Of a stretch of DNA of 64,000 nucleotides, positions 1 to 13,967 are shown piece after piece (positions within the stretch are counted from its first letter, which is position 1; each line of letters starts with the position of its first letter). The notes under the pieces were generated by a model. That model was not told where the DNA came from. It ran no database searches and worked only from the letters and a program-made list of their open reading frames with translations. Both the position numbers and the translations under genes were made by a program. This stretch comes from Eledone cirrhosa (Eukaryota), in the NCBI GenBank assembly GCA_964016885.1, contig OZ024745.1, forward strand, positions 45,756,001 through 45,820,000, in the 5' to 3' direction.

Positions 1-1758
1 CAAACGTTGATACACACAAGCACACAGACATAAGACTTATTATACATTCACCTTCTTGGATATTTCTATACAAAAATAAAGATTGTACATCACATTAAAA
101 TGTTTAACTATGCAGCTTTAACTGCAAATAGAAACATTGTGTAGCCGATTTCCTCGTGAGAAAGAGCGATGGAAAGAGGCAGAACCGGTCCCAATACTGG
201 TTCATTACTTCATTTATTGATCACTAAAGGACGAGAGCAAAGTTGAATTCGGTGGGATTTGAACTCAAAGCACAGAGCACTGGAACAAACACCGATGCAT
301 TTAATCTGATGCCCTAACGACATTGTCAATTTGCCGCTCTATTGGTGGTTAAAGGTGTTATCAAATAAGATATTAAAATATTGATCATATATGAAGTGCG
401 TGTTTTTTTTCTTTAATTTATTATCGTTTCGGTTAATATTAGGTCTAATACTTCTTCTAATTATATAACAATGTGGCTAGTGTATTCAAATTAATTATCT
501 ATTGCGTATGTAATATATCTCATGCTAGATAAAATGGAATAATGAGAAATACACTATAAGAATGTTACTTCTTAGTTATTAATTACGCGGTGTTTTTAGA
601 GGAATACTATTTCGTTAATTAGGATCTAAAATTTTAATTAAGAAATATGTGACTGGCATCGTAAATCAAGAAATAAATTGTTGATGAATGATGGGACGAT
701 ATAATTTCAATTATATATTAAACCAACGCATTTCACCATCATCCTCAATGTCTTTGGCTATTTGCAATAAAACTACAGTGGAGCAGTTTCATTTGAATTA
801 AAACCTAATGTCGGCTTCGATATACCAGAAACTTAAACCTTCTGTAAGAGCTTACTACATGCATACAAGTAAAATAAAGATTAATTCATTAGATACAAGA
901 CGTTAAATTTATATGAGGAGTGGCATTTGATTATGTTATATCCATGACTTTCCAAAATACTCGCAGAGCCACGAAAATGGCTTTAAATGGTAATTAGTAA
1001 CGAGATACAAATTAATTAATACAGTTTTAAACAGTTCACTAACTACTTTCAAGCAGAATCCATTTACTGGTGTTTGGACAAAGATACATATCACGAACTG
1101 CTGACTTTGTGCTCAATAGACCTACTCAGTAATAACTCGACTACCAAGGACTCTCAATGCTAACACTGATGGTAAAAATCAATAGCCCTTAATAAATATC
1201 CAAGCTAATAGCATCTAGCTACAAAATACTCCAAATTTTAACACTAATGCAAATGTTAATAGTCCATGCTAGTTTATAGCAAACCACCCAGTATTTAGAA
1301 TTTCCATTGTGGTATTGATTCATCGATTAAATAAATACTAAGAAGGTCATAGTTATTAGCCTTCCTTTCGTCCGTTAACAGAATGAAACAAACCATTATC
1401 AATAATGGATGCGCTGCTAATTTTATAAATAGAATGATAAGCATTGAAAAAGAAAATTGCAGGCATTAAACATTAAACAAATATAACAAATAGTAAGGAA
1501 ACAGAAATAGAGTCAAATTTGGTATTACACTGGTGAAAATTGAATCAAATATTTTAAAATATTGACTTTTTCCCCTAGGCAAATAGTCTCTATACTTTAC
1601 GGAGAGAATAAGATAAGAATATGACATCCATATTTTTCATATTATCAAAATGCATTAAGAAAAATTAATCCAATAGAAAATTGAAATCCAACACTACGGA
1701 GCTCGTTTGTAATAATACCATAAAGAAGAAGAAGAAGAAGAAGAAGAGATATATATAC

Positions 1759-1836
<78 letters not shown>

Positions 1837-2928
1837 CATCTACACTGATGAAATGAAATAATTTTCCCTTTAAAATCCTTTTACGTGACTGTTGCAAGGA
1901 GAGGAACAAGTTGTTTGACCCTCGGCATATTTGGCCGAATGAGTCCAACTTAGTGAACTTCACTAAAGATACTAAAGACACTAAAGTTCACATAAAAGTG
2001 TTAAAGTATAGGATAGATTAAATTTAAATTAACCCGAATAAAGCAGACCTGTGATCTAAAAGACCTTATCAATTCTGGGAGCTCTATGACTACATTAACC
2101 AATAGTTCTAGTCTTTTTTTTGGGGGGGGGGGGGGCATTAGTGTGATATTTTCAAGCGGGTCAAGCAGCTAAAGAAATGTTCTTTCATTGATTTGGACAT
2201 TTAGTGGTATAAATGCTAACTTGCCATGATTTACCTAATGTATCAGTGACAGTGTTTGGGACGCATTAACTCGTGATCGGACATCTAGGCTTCCATGTAC
2301 TTCAACGCATCTCTGGCACCTCAGTCTCTCACCCAACGACAACAACAGATGATTAGCCTCTATTCTTGAGTAGCTCATAGTCTTGAGTCTAATTAGCCGT
2401 ATAAATAACACGGGTCTGGATACTGTTACAAAACATCGAGCACATGCCGTACAAGAAGATGTAATTTGTTACGTCGTGGTTGAATCTATTCATCTTGAAA
2501 GTTCGTGATTGGGGTGTATTATATATTCAGTGGTTATATACAGTATAAAGCGGGGAAAATTTATTAATACATGATAGCGAATAGACAAGCATGATTATAA
2601 TACTATACTGATTCCAGCATTTATCATATTATAATCAGTTTTCGAAATTACGAGTTCTGTCTTCTGAGAATCGTTATCGCATAGAAACGTTCGTAAAACC
2701 AATGAATTCTTGTTGGTCTTAAATCTACATTTTAGGATGTATATCGTATAATTTTATTATAATTAGTTCTGTGATTAATGTCTTGTCGATACTACAACTA
2801 TTCTGTTGCATTCACATTTATCTCACTAATTGTTGTTTTATTAATTTTACATCTTAGTGGTTCATAATGATTAATATGTTCCAAATACTGCCTTCTACTA
2901 CACATACGCACGCACGCACACACACACA

Positions 2929-3007
<79 letters not shown>

Positions 3008-3525
3008 GTGTATATACACACGCACACGCATATATATATATATATATATATATCATTCTGAAGACAGCAGATATTTGTCTTTCGACGATGATTAATTACG
3101 GGTGTTTTCCAAATATAGTCGGAGCAGATTGGCATGGACAAATTTTCATTTATCATTTAAATTATCTTACCAATATTAAAGTTGTAGTGGAAAAATATTT
3201 TCTAATTGTGATGAAAGTAGAAATCTTAACGTTTTGGTGCACTTTTTATAAAAGTCACACACATTATGAAAAGTCACACCATACTAACGTTAACTTCCTT
3301 CGAAATATCATGCGAATCCAGCCTCCTAAATCTTTTGCCTATCTCTTTAAAAACATATCTTTAATCTTATCTCTTTATGTGAATGTATAATCAATGTTAC
3401 TTCTAAACGATTATTTGTTTATGAATATCTTTTTTTAGCTTTGAGCAATATACACGTGGAGCACTAAATTCAAAAGAGTCGATTTGTTACATCTATATTT
3501 AAAGAGTGTATGCATAATAGTATTA

Positions 3526-3683
3526 TATCTTGTATTTAAGAAAAATAAATTGTAAAATAAAAGGCTAAGTAAAACTTTCTTTTCAGTTATATAGCATTGT
3601 ATTATTAATACAATGCTATATAACTGAAAAGAAAGTTTTACTTAGCCTTTTATTTTACAATTATTTTTCTTAAATACAAGATA
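3526..3683. repeat. near-perfect palindrome with ~78 bp arms
   Basis: tatcttgtatttaag...gcattgtatta / taatacaatgc...cttaaatacaagata, centred near 3605. Confidence 0.9.
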
Positions 3684-5185
3684 CATTTTTTAGACTTCAA
3701 TTCTTGACTTCCATTGCCTTAAGATGATGTAGAGAATACTGTGATAATAAATGTAGGAAATATTAAGATAACTTTGACCGTGCTTGCGAAACTGGTTCAA
3801 TTTCGAATTGGCGATGTTTCCACTTTACTCTGTCCCTCGTATATTTAAAAACGAACTGCACTGTTATGATTCAAATGACGTATGTTTAGTAACATTAAAT
3901 CTAGAAAGTAGATTCAAACTAAATTTCTGTTCTTTACATCAAAAGTGAAGGTGTGAAGTCTGTCGTATGGTCGTGAGTTCGATTCCCAGTGACTCATTTT
4001 GTGATAAACTACGTCACCATATTTTATGTTGCTGCAGTTCACTCAGATGACAAAAATGAATGGTGCATGTAATTTAAATGGTCAGCCTTGTCACACAGAG
4101 TGTGGCACTGAATCTTCCTGAGAGCTGCGTTAAGATTGCAAGAGTCTGCTGAATGTTATTTTCGCGACCAGGCAATTCCGTTGTTCGAACAAATGTAACA
4201 TTCTTTATTGGAACCGTTGAAGGTCCAAAAAACCTCAAAACAGAAATCTACAGATAATACAAGCAAAGTACACATGAACTGGTAAACTCCAGTCATCTTA
4301 TAATATATCTTACATGTTTGCAACACGAATTATGTGTGAACATATGGAGTATTAAAGAACAAAACTAATAGTTTATTTTGGATGAGCAGAGGAACACGGA
4401 TTAGTCATTAAAACAACAATTTACAATAAATGTTTATTACAAAAGTATATATATTTCAGAATATGCAATAGTCTCTTTACCGTAACAATAGTATTTGTTT
4501 CTGAAATTAAATACAAAATTCATGTCAGGAAAAGAAATGGCTTTAGTTCAAGAAAAAATATTTTAAGAATGACAAAAAGAAACGGACTAATTGAATATTG
4601 AATCTACTTGACAGTTGCCAGTTTTATCTAATTTCCATCATTGCTAAACTTGACACTGATTTTCGCTTTTAGTCATAAAAAGGGCGACAGTTATTTATAC
4701 ATTTCCATATTTCTTCAACACTAATCATGATAGACAAATATCATTATCAAAAGTTTCAACTATCACATAATATGAAGACAGAAATCTGGTGCTGTATACC
4801 AAAGTATGTACACAGACATATGCAACGCCTGAATTTCTATATATGTATGGACAGAAATTATGAAACCAACGGAGATGAAGGATAAAAATATTATATGAAA
4901 ATGTAATTGCAGAGGCTGTTCTAAATTTGTTGAAAAGAAGAGAACATTTTGTGGAAAAAATATATCCGTGTAATGTGTCACCTAAGGCTTCTAAAAGTGC
5001 ATATATAATTTGAATATAATATATGAATTCTGGCACTGTTCAAAATCAATATGAATACACATTTAGATATAAAATGCGTACACATGGAAATGTATTATGT
5101 ATAAATATATATATATATGAATATATACGTAACTATGCATATATATATATATACACACACACACACACTCACACATATATATATA

Positions 5186-5373
5186 TAATAATTGTTTCTA
5201 CTTTTGGCACAAGGCCAGCAATTATCCAGTGCATTACTGGTACTTTATTTTATCGACCCCGTAAGGATGAAAGGCAAAGTCAACCTCGGCGGGATTTGAA
5301 CTCAGATCGTAAAGGGACGTAACTATGCTGGAAAGCATGGCGTCCGACTCTCTACCGATACTGCCAATCCACC
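5186..5373 (-). mobile_element. tRNA-derived SINE, family A (Deu/Nin-like core)
   Basis: A-box TGGCAGTATCGG, B-box GAGTTCAAATCC, core gcctttcatccttacggggtcgataaaataaagtacc, (ATT)n tail. About 20 copies in the window. Confidence 0.85.
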
Positions 5374-6406
5374 ATATAATAATGATAATAAAAAGGGCGA
5401 TTTGTTATGTCTTCATTACGTTTATTGACTAGTGACGTGCGTTTCGCTATTGATCAGTTCAAGTTTTGATCTGTATCGATCTAGCTGTTTTTATGAATTT
5501 CAAAACATATAACGAAATTGCACAACTCGATCAAATTTTTCCTTCGATATATTTATTATTCAAAAGTATTGGACGAGCCACAAATTAAAATATGTTGATG
5601 CCTATATTATCATATGTTAAAAATAGAGCTGACAAAATTTAAAACACAGTGTCATAGAACTAACAGTATTTAACGGTGATTTTGTGGAATTAGTAATATT
5701 AAATAACAGTAAAAGTTCAAAAACTATATATCTTTTCACGTGTAAAATCTTTTGCAACTGAATACATATTTCTGACAATCAGTCAGCATTTACGATGAAT
5801 TTTTTTTTTTATATAATTTAAATATTACCAATTCAAAAGATGACTGAATGTCATACTTTTATATTTGATATATAATAATGTTTTAAGTTTTGAATGAACT
5901 GCTTTAGTCCTTTTTACGTTAACAGTTTGAAACAGAATGGCCATTAGAATTGTAATTTAGCAAATAATTAAACTGAACAATACTGAAAACATATACGCAC
6001 ATACACAAACGCACGCTCACAGAAAATATGTGATGCACACAAATGAATAATGATACACATATTCTTTTATTCTTTTTTAGTTTTAATGGTTTTGGTCATT
6101 AGACTGTGGGTATGAGGGGGGGCACCGACATTTTCTAGTTAATCATATCGACTCCAATTCTTATTTCTCTAAAGTTCAGAACTTATTTTATCGATCCTTC
6201 TATATCGGACGGTTAAGTTACGAGACAAAACGTAGCCACAGACACAAATATACGCACGGACACAGACTAACAAACAATAATATATATATATATATATAAC
6301 TCGGAAATTGCGTTTCGTTTATTTCTACCCGCCGAAATATGATTCTCACTGAAATTATATTTGTATATATATATATAAATATATATGTGTGTGTCTGTGT
6401 GTGTGT

Positions 6407-6787
6407 GTATAAAAGAAGAAATTAAAAGATGGTTAAAGAAGTTCCATATATTTTATTATGCGCATTTCGAAAACAACATCATCCTGGGACAAAAATTGCG
6501 TTCTCATCAGATAAAATAAGGTAACATGATATGAGGCCTAAAAACACTTGTCAACAGGAAAGTGCAAAACCTACATATATATGTAGGTTTTGCACTTTCC
6601 TGATGAGAACACAATTTTTGTCCCAGGATGATGATGTTTTCGAAATGCGCATAATCAAATATATGAAACTTCTTTAACCATCTTTTAATGTCTTCTTTAA
6701 TATATACTCCAGTTATACCAACTGTTGAGTGCTACTTATCTGATATATGCATAGTTTTATTGTTCTACAATATTACTCACCTTCTAC

Positions 6788-6788
<1 letters not shown>
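6407..6788. mobile_element. fold-back PLE-like mini-element with two inverted hammerhead copies and a 3' tail running into (TA)n
   Basis: Arms ~6411-6510 and ~6600-6700 are inverted, with an inner hairpin at 6555-6602. The tail contains gttgagtgct and is followed by (TA)n. Confidence 0.8.
6449..6518 (-). ncRNA. type I hammerhead ribozyme motif
   Basis: Minus strand: TATTTTAT CTGATGA GAAC...GTTTTC GAAA TGCGCA TA ATAAAATA. Perfect 8-bp stem I and a palindromic minimal stem III. Confidence 0.85.
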
Positions 6789-6864
<76 letters not shown>

Positions 6865-6870
<6 letters not shown>

Positions 6871-7350
6871 TAAAAAGGAAAAGAAAATGCTGACAAATTT
6901 TTCCCAGTGAAAAATAGTTTAATTAGGAATAAGTATCAATTAGTAATAAGTATTGGTTAGTATTCAGTTTTAGTTTAAGTTTTTACCGGTTGCGCATTTC
7001 TTCAAAAATAATTTTTAGATAGAGTGCTCGTGATTTTTGAACTAAAACTGAATACTAACTAATACTTATTATTAATTTATACATACCATGCATTGCAGCA
7101 AAGAGTTACGGCCCTTTATGGTCTGAGTTCAAATCCCGCCGAGGTTAACTTTGCCTTTCATCCTTACGGGGTCGATAAAATAAAGTACCAGTAATGTACT
7201 GAGTAATTGTTGGCCTTGTGCCAAAAGTAGAAACAATTATTAATTTATACTTATTCCTAATTAAACTATTTTTCACTGGGAAAAATTTGTCAGCATTTTC
7301 TTTTCCTTTTTACTAATATATCACAACTCGTGTGTCACACCTCTATTTAA
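6865..7350. mobile_element. fold-back element after a (TA)n tract, right arm interrupted by a SINE
   Basis: 6865-6977 is the reverse complement of 7040-7082 plus 7251-7320. A short unique tail extends to ~7350. Confidence 0.8.
7083..7240 (+). mobile_element. SINE family A, 5'-truncated
   Basis: TSD taatttatac at 7073 and 7241. Confidence 0.85.
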
Positions 7351-7351
7351 A

Positions 7352-7500
<149 letters not shown>

Positions 7501-8619
7501 CATATATATATATACATATATATTCATTTTATTAATTCTAAATAGTGAGTCTTGTTACTCTGGAGTTTATCACAGGGTCATCAGACAAAAGCTAACGCTT
7601 CAATAGCTCAGTATAAATAAAGGAAGACTCGGGGCGGTTTTAAATGGTTTTAAATGAGGAGGGATAATTAAGGTAGGGTGGACAAGGTGGTGGTGACAGT
7701 GGGTGGAGGATAAGGCTGTGAGTTGTTATTGGGTGATAATGGACATAGCCATACAATTTTAACTGGTCAGTGGGAGGCAGGTGATGACTGTGAAGACACG
7801 TGTTGGTGGGATTAGTGGGATGAAGTGGTGGATGAAATATATGTATACAATTATATATGTATGCACAAGTACATAAATATACATACATATAAACGTATAT
7901 ACACAGGTTTAAATACCCAGCTATTACTACTGGTGGTATTCCTTTTCAGTTTAGTATAGTGGAGCAACGTAAAATGAAATGTTTTACTCAAGAACACAAC
8001 ACACAATCAAGTCCAAGAATGGAATCCTTGGTCTTATGATCGTAAATCTAATACCGTTACGTCTAGGCCACGCGCCTCCACAATATCTTTATATGCGCAG
8101 CAATTTAAACCAAACATTTATTTCCTATTAGAGACCATTATTTATACATATGTATCAGTTTTGAATGATTCATATATATTTCACTCGTAGAAAATAGAGT
8201 TTACTCTATAAGGCATAGAAAAGTTTCCTTGAATTAAATGCCTATGTAAATTATTTATTCTGGTGGAGGAAAGTACAACTTGTATTGTTAGCTTTACATT
8301 AAGAATGCAGCAATCTGAAGCTTTCAGACGATATTGCAATTTCATGAGCGAAGCAACAAAATCAATGGAAGGACACGTCTATAGGATTAATTGCTACTTC
8401 ACGCTTCATTGGAGCATATAATTTCTAATTAACACCGACGGGGACGCTAAAATTGTGAAACTAGATTTGACAAGTACCCGCTCTGACTTAGAAACTGTCA
8501 ATTGCTCACAATGCCATTATAAGTGATACAACTCCTCACATTTAGTATGACATGCTAAACAGCTTAACATACAAATATTGATCACTCGCCGACAAACTGG
8601 ATATGGCTTGGGGACGTAG

Positions 8620-8905
8620 CATGGGCGAATGATTGAGAAGTTAACTTCACAATCATTAGGTCATAGATTCAATCCCACTGCATGGAATCGTGTGCAAATG
8701 TGAGTGAAATTGGGTAGATGGAAACGATTTGGAAACCGTTTATTTAAAGGACAAGTTTTGTCACACATTGTGTCATGTTCAAGCTGTCTAGGAATTACGT
8801 TTATAGTACACGTGTCTATCAGTGAAATGCTCAGCCAATTACAGGTTGATTTTATGAGCAGGTTGCTCCATTGATCGAACAAATATAATATTCATCGTTG
8901 AAAGT
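8620..8905 (+). mobile_element. SINE family B, diverged; copies at 3960-4215, 29190-29320 (-), 45090-45360 and 57450-57620
   Basis: tRNA-like head plus shared motifs ttgtcacac, ac(a)cgtgtct, gagcagg.tg.tcc.ttg.tcgaac. Confidence 0.6.
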
Positions 8906-10413
8906 GTAAAGGTTCATTCCATTCTATTGGATATGGCTAAAATTGTTAGCAACCAAAACAATCCAATTTCAATGCATTGTGTAACTAACAATTTATAGTC
9001 AATATTCTATCATAGTGTATGTGTAAAGTAGGGGAGACAGCATTTTCTTCACACATACAAACGCAAGCAATAATATATATGTAAATTATGTATAAATATA
9101 TATTTGTGTATAATATGCGTAAATATCATTTCAACATACGCTATCCACCCACTGCGAAGGCTTAACACTATAGGTAACACAAAATATAACGTATGCTAGT
9201 CTCTAGATTCCCCAAAGAAGAAGAAGATAACGATGATGATGATGACTTATTAGTAGGTGATGAGGAAAATCCGTTGATGGGTGTTAAATATGCAGCAGAG
9301 GTCAAATTTACTGCAGATAGCATTACCTCGTATCTTCCATATATAACGCAATATTTTACCATTATTTCCTTCTGCATTCCGTCCTCGTTTAGTTTATATT
9401 CCTCTTATATTGGATTGCTATTTCTTCTCTCTTAATTGCTCATATATCAGCTCCATCGCTGTTTACTAAGTCAACTCATATGCATGCAATATTCAGTTAT
9501 AATATATGTTATGTTATTTTTGCTTCTTTGATTTTACATCGTAAAAAAACAGTGGGTCACGATATTTCCAGTAAAATATTACATTTATCTATTTTTACAC
9601 TCTACTATCTCATATATTTTTCTTGCTCTCTTTATGACTTGATTCGTTTCATTTTATTCTCACAGTCATTTTTTTATCTGTTTTGTTTTCTATTATCTCC
9701 GCCCCGGCTCCTCACCTCGCTTGCCAATTCCATCTTTCCAATAGGTCGAATAACCAAACTGTGGTTTTATCGTTGGCTTGAGGAAACATAGCAAGATACA
9801 TTCTATGAGATGTGTGTGTGTGATGTGTGTGCGTTTGCAGTGTATATCTGCATGTGTGTGTGTATCTGTGTGTGTGTGTGTGTGGATAAATATATATATA
9901 TATATATATATGTGTGTGTATGTGTGTGTTTTGGCGTGTGTGCGTGTCTGTGTGTGTTTGGAGAAGCCAGAAAATCTGAAAAATATTTGTGAGAGATAGA
10001 GGGAGAGAGTCACAGAGAAAGAGAGACAGCTACAGAGAGAGAAAGAAAGAATGAAAGAAAGAAAGACAGAAAAAAAAGGAAGAAAGAAAGAAGAAAGAAA
10101 AAAGAAAGAATCTATGAATGTATGAATGAATGAAATATGACGACAATATGACAAAAGACTTAGCAATCAAGTGACCAATTTGGAGAAAGCAGGTGACGGG
10201 TCGTGTGACCAAGAGACAAGAGCGACAGCTCTGCTATTTTATTACTATATTACTTGTTTCCATTGTATGTAATTATTGTAATTTCATTTATATGTTTTGT
10301 GTCACTTAAACATCAAATAATATTTAACAAAAGCATTGCAGAGGAAAATAAAATTCCGTTCATTGTTTTATAGGGAGACTTAGCGACCTCATAGATATAA
10401 TGTCGAAGATATT

Positions 10414-10492
<79 letters not shown>

Positions 10493-10500
<8 letters not shown>

Positions 10501-10920
10501 TAAGAGGAATTCCAACTTTGTCTGATTTACTCGTTTTATTTACAATCCTTTAAAATTTATAATGGTATTACAATGAAATAGTATGTTAGAATATTAAATG
10601 TTAAGTGTTAATAGAACAAGTACTTTCATGCTTTCGCAATCTTCAGGTTCATAATGTGTGGTGACAGTCAAGTTTGCAATTTTCAACTGTTGAAAATTGC
10701 AAACTTGACTGTCACCACACATTATGAACCTGAAGATTGCGAAAGCATGAAAGTACTTGTTCTATTAACACTTAACATTTAATATTCTAACATACTATTT
10801 CATTGTAATACCATTATAAATTTTAAAGGATTGTAAATAAAACGAGTAAATCAGACAAAGTTGGAATTCCTCTTATTAATATAATCTTCTATACACAATC
10901 ATACACACCCGTGTATATTT
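10493..10920. mobile_element. perfect palindrome (~195 bp arms, 1-nt loop at 10688) plus short tail, between (TA)n tracts
   Basis: 10493-10687 is the reverse complement of 10689-10883. It contains mirrored hammerhead motifs. Confidence 0.9.
10726..10762 (+). ncRNA. minimal hammerhead ribozyme motif (mirror copy at 10614-10650, minus)
   Basis: GAAC CTGAAGA T TGC-GAAA-GCA T GAAA GTAC TT GTTC: stem I GAAC/GTTC, GNRA-capped stem II, palindromic stem III. Confidence 0.75.
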
Positions 10921-10933
10921 ATCTATCTATATC

Positions 10934-10995
<62 letters not shown>

Positions 10996-11080
10996 GTTAT
11001 GCGTGTGTGTGCGTGTGTGAATACTTTTCAATATATATATATACATAGAGAGATAGAGAGAGAGAGAGAGAGAGTGGTAG

Positions 11081-11112
<32 letters not shown>

Positions 11113-11385
11113 TCTCCTGTGCAGAAAATAACTACAATTACAGTCAGTTGCTATAAAGTAGTTTACAAAAGGTAAGTAAAACCCTTAGAGACGGAATAAT
11201 TTTTTCAGTGACTGTTTCGAAGAATCAAATCTCCCAGATAAGTTCTGAATGATCTCACCACTGGGCTAAGGGAACTCTATCGTCTAAATTAAGGAACTGA
11301 ATCAAGTAGATTTTGAAAATGGAAACAAATTATCATGAAATTTACCAAATCTCTCTCTCCCTCTCTGTCTCTCTCTCTCTATATA

Positions 11386-11451
<66 letters not shown>

Positions 11452-11539
11452 GAGAGAGGGGGTAGGGAGGGATAATGAGAGAGAGATAATTCATGTATAT
11501 ATTATATTCTTTTATTTAATTAGTACCAATTCTTATAGC

Positions 11540-12260
11540 CCACCCCACACCCGTTAGAACAACTGGGGCATGGGTTTCTAGAAATTTTTCTTAGGCCTTG
11601 GACCAAACGTCCTTCAGAAAAATTGATTTTTGTCGACGCCCTTCGTCTCTCCAAGAAGGTCATCGCTTTTTCCTGCCCCTAATCCTCGATAGAACGCCAA
11701 AGTGGAAATTCTACCGTATTTCCCGATGAGGGATCCCTGGGAGCTTCATGACATTCTAGTTGCCAAGCTTCCTCTCTTGGTCTTCGCTCCGTGAATAACG
11801 CGAATTGGGGAAAACGCGTCTGACAAAAGATGACCACACCTGTTCATTGTTAAGGAAACACTGGTATTGTCGCAACCTCAGCGCATGTGTGTGCATAATC
11901 AGCCACAGCATACTTAATCCTCCGTGCACCGTGTGTTGTCAGCATATGGATCGCTAGACAAGTGGAAAGCGTCTCTACACTCCAGTCAACCGGGAACTGG
12001 AGCACAGCGCTCACGCGTTAATAGATGATGGAGGCGATGTATGCATTCATCCCCTCTGTCTGACCCCCAGGGATAGCTTCATCTCGGCTCATTTCTGGGT
12101 AAGCCTGGCCAGCCTGCTCGACATTTCAGCCAGGTTCCTTTCCACCTAGAGATTTGGACCAAACCAGATCCCAAACAATTTAACCAATACGTCCATCTAA
12201 CACCACATGACATTGTTGAACGGCATAATCCAACCTATACAGGTTCCGAACTTCAGGCCT
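11540..12260 (-). mobile_element. GC-richer decayed retroelement remnant(s)
   Basis: Compositional shift and an RTE-UTR-like segment (cctttccacctagagatttggaccaaaccag). No intact ORF; family not assigned. Confidence 0.35.
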
Positions 12261-13119
12261 TCCGATAATAATGTAATCTCTTAAACGTACAAATTGAATT
12301 TTCTTTAAGAGCAATATGTATCTTGCAAAAATTAAAATAACATGAAGTTTGCAGTAATATACAAATTATTATATAATTATGCAAAGTAAGTGAATTAAAA
12401 CCTTAGGCATATACTTTAAAGGGAATTTATAGATACCGAAACATCTACGATACCTAGGTGTATTATTCTGATGCATAAACACACTTGTAACCTTAATCAG
12501 ACAAGAACCAAAGGAAAATTAATCGAATTGCTTGACAGAAAATGTAAAATATGAGTTGAAATTCCTATGAAATTCGAATTTAATTCTGGACAGGGGCGTA
12601 ATTATACTGAAGAAATCTTCATCAACAAATTCAGATTAAATCAAAATTAACTTAAAGGTATATATTATTAACATATCTCAAATATAAAATCTGAATGTAT
12701 TCTGAAAGCAATATGGAACAAAGAACTTAATAAGCTTGAAGCTTACAGTAATATTTAAATTACTATTTAATTATGCAGACCACTGCCTTTGGGAATATAT
12801 GCGTTTTTGGAATATATTAATTTGTATATTACCCTAAGCTTCCAGCTTATTGATTTCTCTGCTAGATATAACGTTGAGAACACATTAACTCTGTATTATG
12901 GGGTAATAATATTTGGCTCCAAGCTTGGAGCTTATACACAACATTATATTCCATTCGTAATCTTTCTTCTGTTTGCAATCAATCTTCTGTGCTCAGTAGA
13001 GTTATTGTTTTAGTAATATAAATTGCAATTCACACAATGTGTAGATATTGTGTTTGATATCAGGAATAGTCACTCAGTTGCAACATTTGGTTGCATTCAA
13101 TTACAGTCTGTATATAAGA

Positions 13120-13440
13120 CCTATAATAAAATACCAGTAAAGTACTGGGGTAGCTATAATCAACTTTCCCTTCCCCACAAATTGCTAGCCTTTACTCTAA
13201 ATTAGAATCCATTCTTTATGGTGATGGTTTGGTAAAATCGGTAGAGCGTGGGATAAAATGCCATTGCTGTATTTGTCCTGACCCTACATTCTGAGTTCAA
13301 ATCCTGCCAAGATCAACTTTGCCTTGCATCCTTAGGGTCGATAAAATAAAATACCAGTGATTTACTTAGGTTGATTTAATCAATATTGCCCTTGCCCCAA
13401 ATTTGCTGACCTTGTGTCTAAATTAGACATCAATATTATT
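13120..13440 (+). mobile_element. older SINE family A copies (one partial, one full)
   Basis: ctgagttcaaatcc...gccttgcatcctt.agggtcgataaaataaaataccag. Confidence 0.7.
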
Positions 13441-13874
13441 GTTGTTGTTAATGCAGTGCAGTGTTGAAAGAAGCGTTGGAATATAAAACTAAATGCTTTA
13501 ATAATATAAAGAAAAAGATAGAGAAGAGAAGGGGTTATATTCTTATTCTGTACAAGGGCAATGGTGGGTTAGTCCGGCGATGCAATAAAATAACGATAAA
13601 AACAAGAAACCTGCTTTAATATAATTTAATTTATAAGTTTCATTTTATATTTCGTGAATATATATTTTTACACTTTCTGTTACTGCGAAAATGTATTAAA
13701 TTTGGAACAAAATCAAAATTTTATATTGCCGTATTAGTTGTATTAACAACAGAAATCCATTTTAAGTTTTTGACTTACTGAAAAATATTGTATGGTGCGT
13801 GTTTGTGCAATGGTTTTGTGCATGTGTGTGTGTTTGTGCAATGTATATGTACATGTACCTCTCTCTATCCCTAT

Positions 13875-13967
<93 letters not shown>

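Noticed and set aside
4725-5036. 103-aa minus-strand ORF
   Set aside because: No recognisable domain or splice context; plausible by chance in AT-rich DNA.
5290-5373. tRNA genes at SINE heads
   Set aside because: A/B boxes are present but no cloverleaf; they are the 5' parts of dispersed SINEs with TSDs.
7540-7592. Hammerhead on the minus strand (CTGATGA CCCTG...)
   Set aside because: The GAAA core is absent (GTAA) and stem I is unclear; at best a dead remnant.
9168-9435. ORFs on both strands as a candidate RET exon 4
   Set aside because: Lacks LDRE / DxxDxxP cadherin motifs and clear splice sites; partly a GAT repeat.
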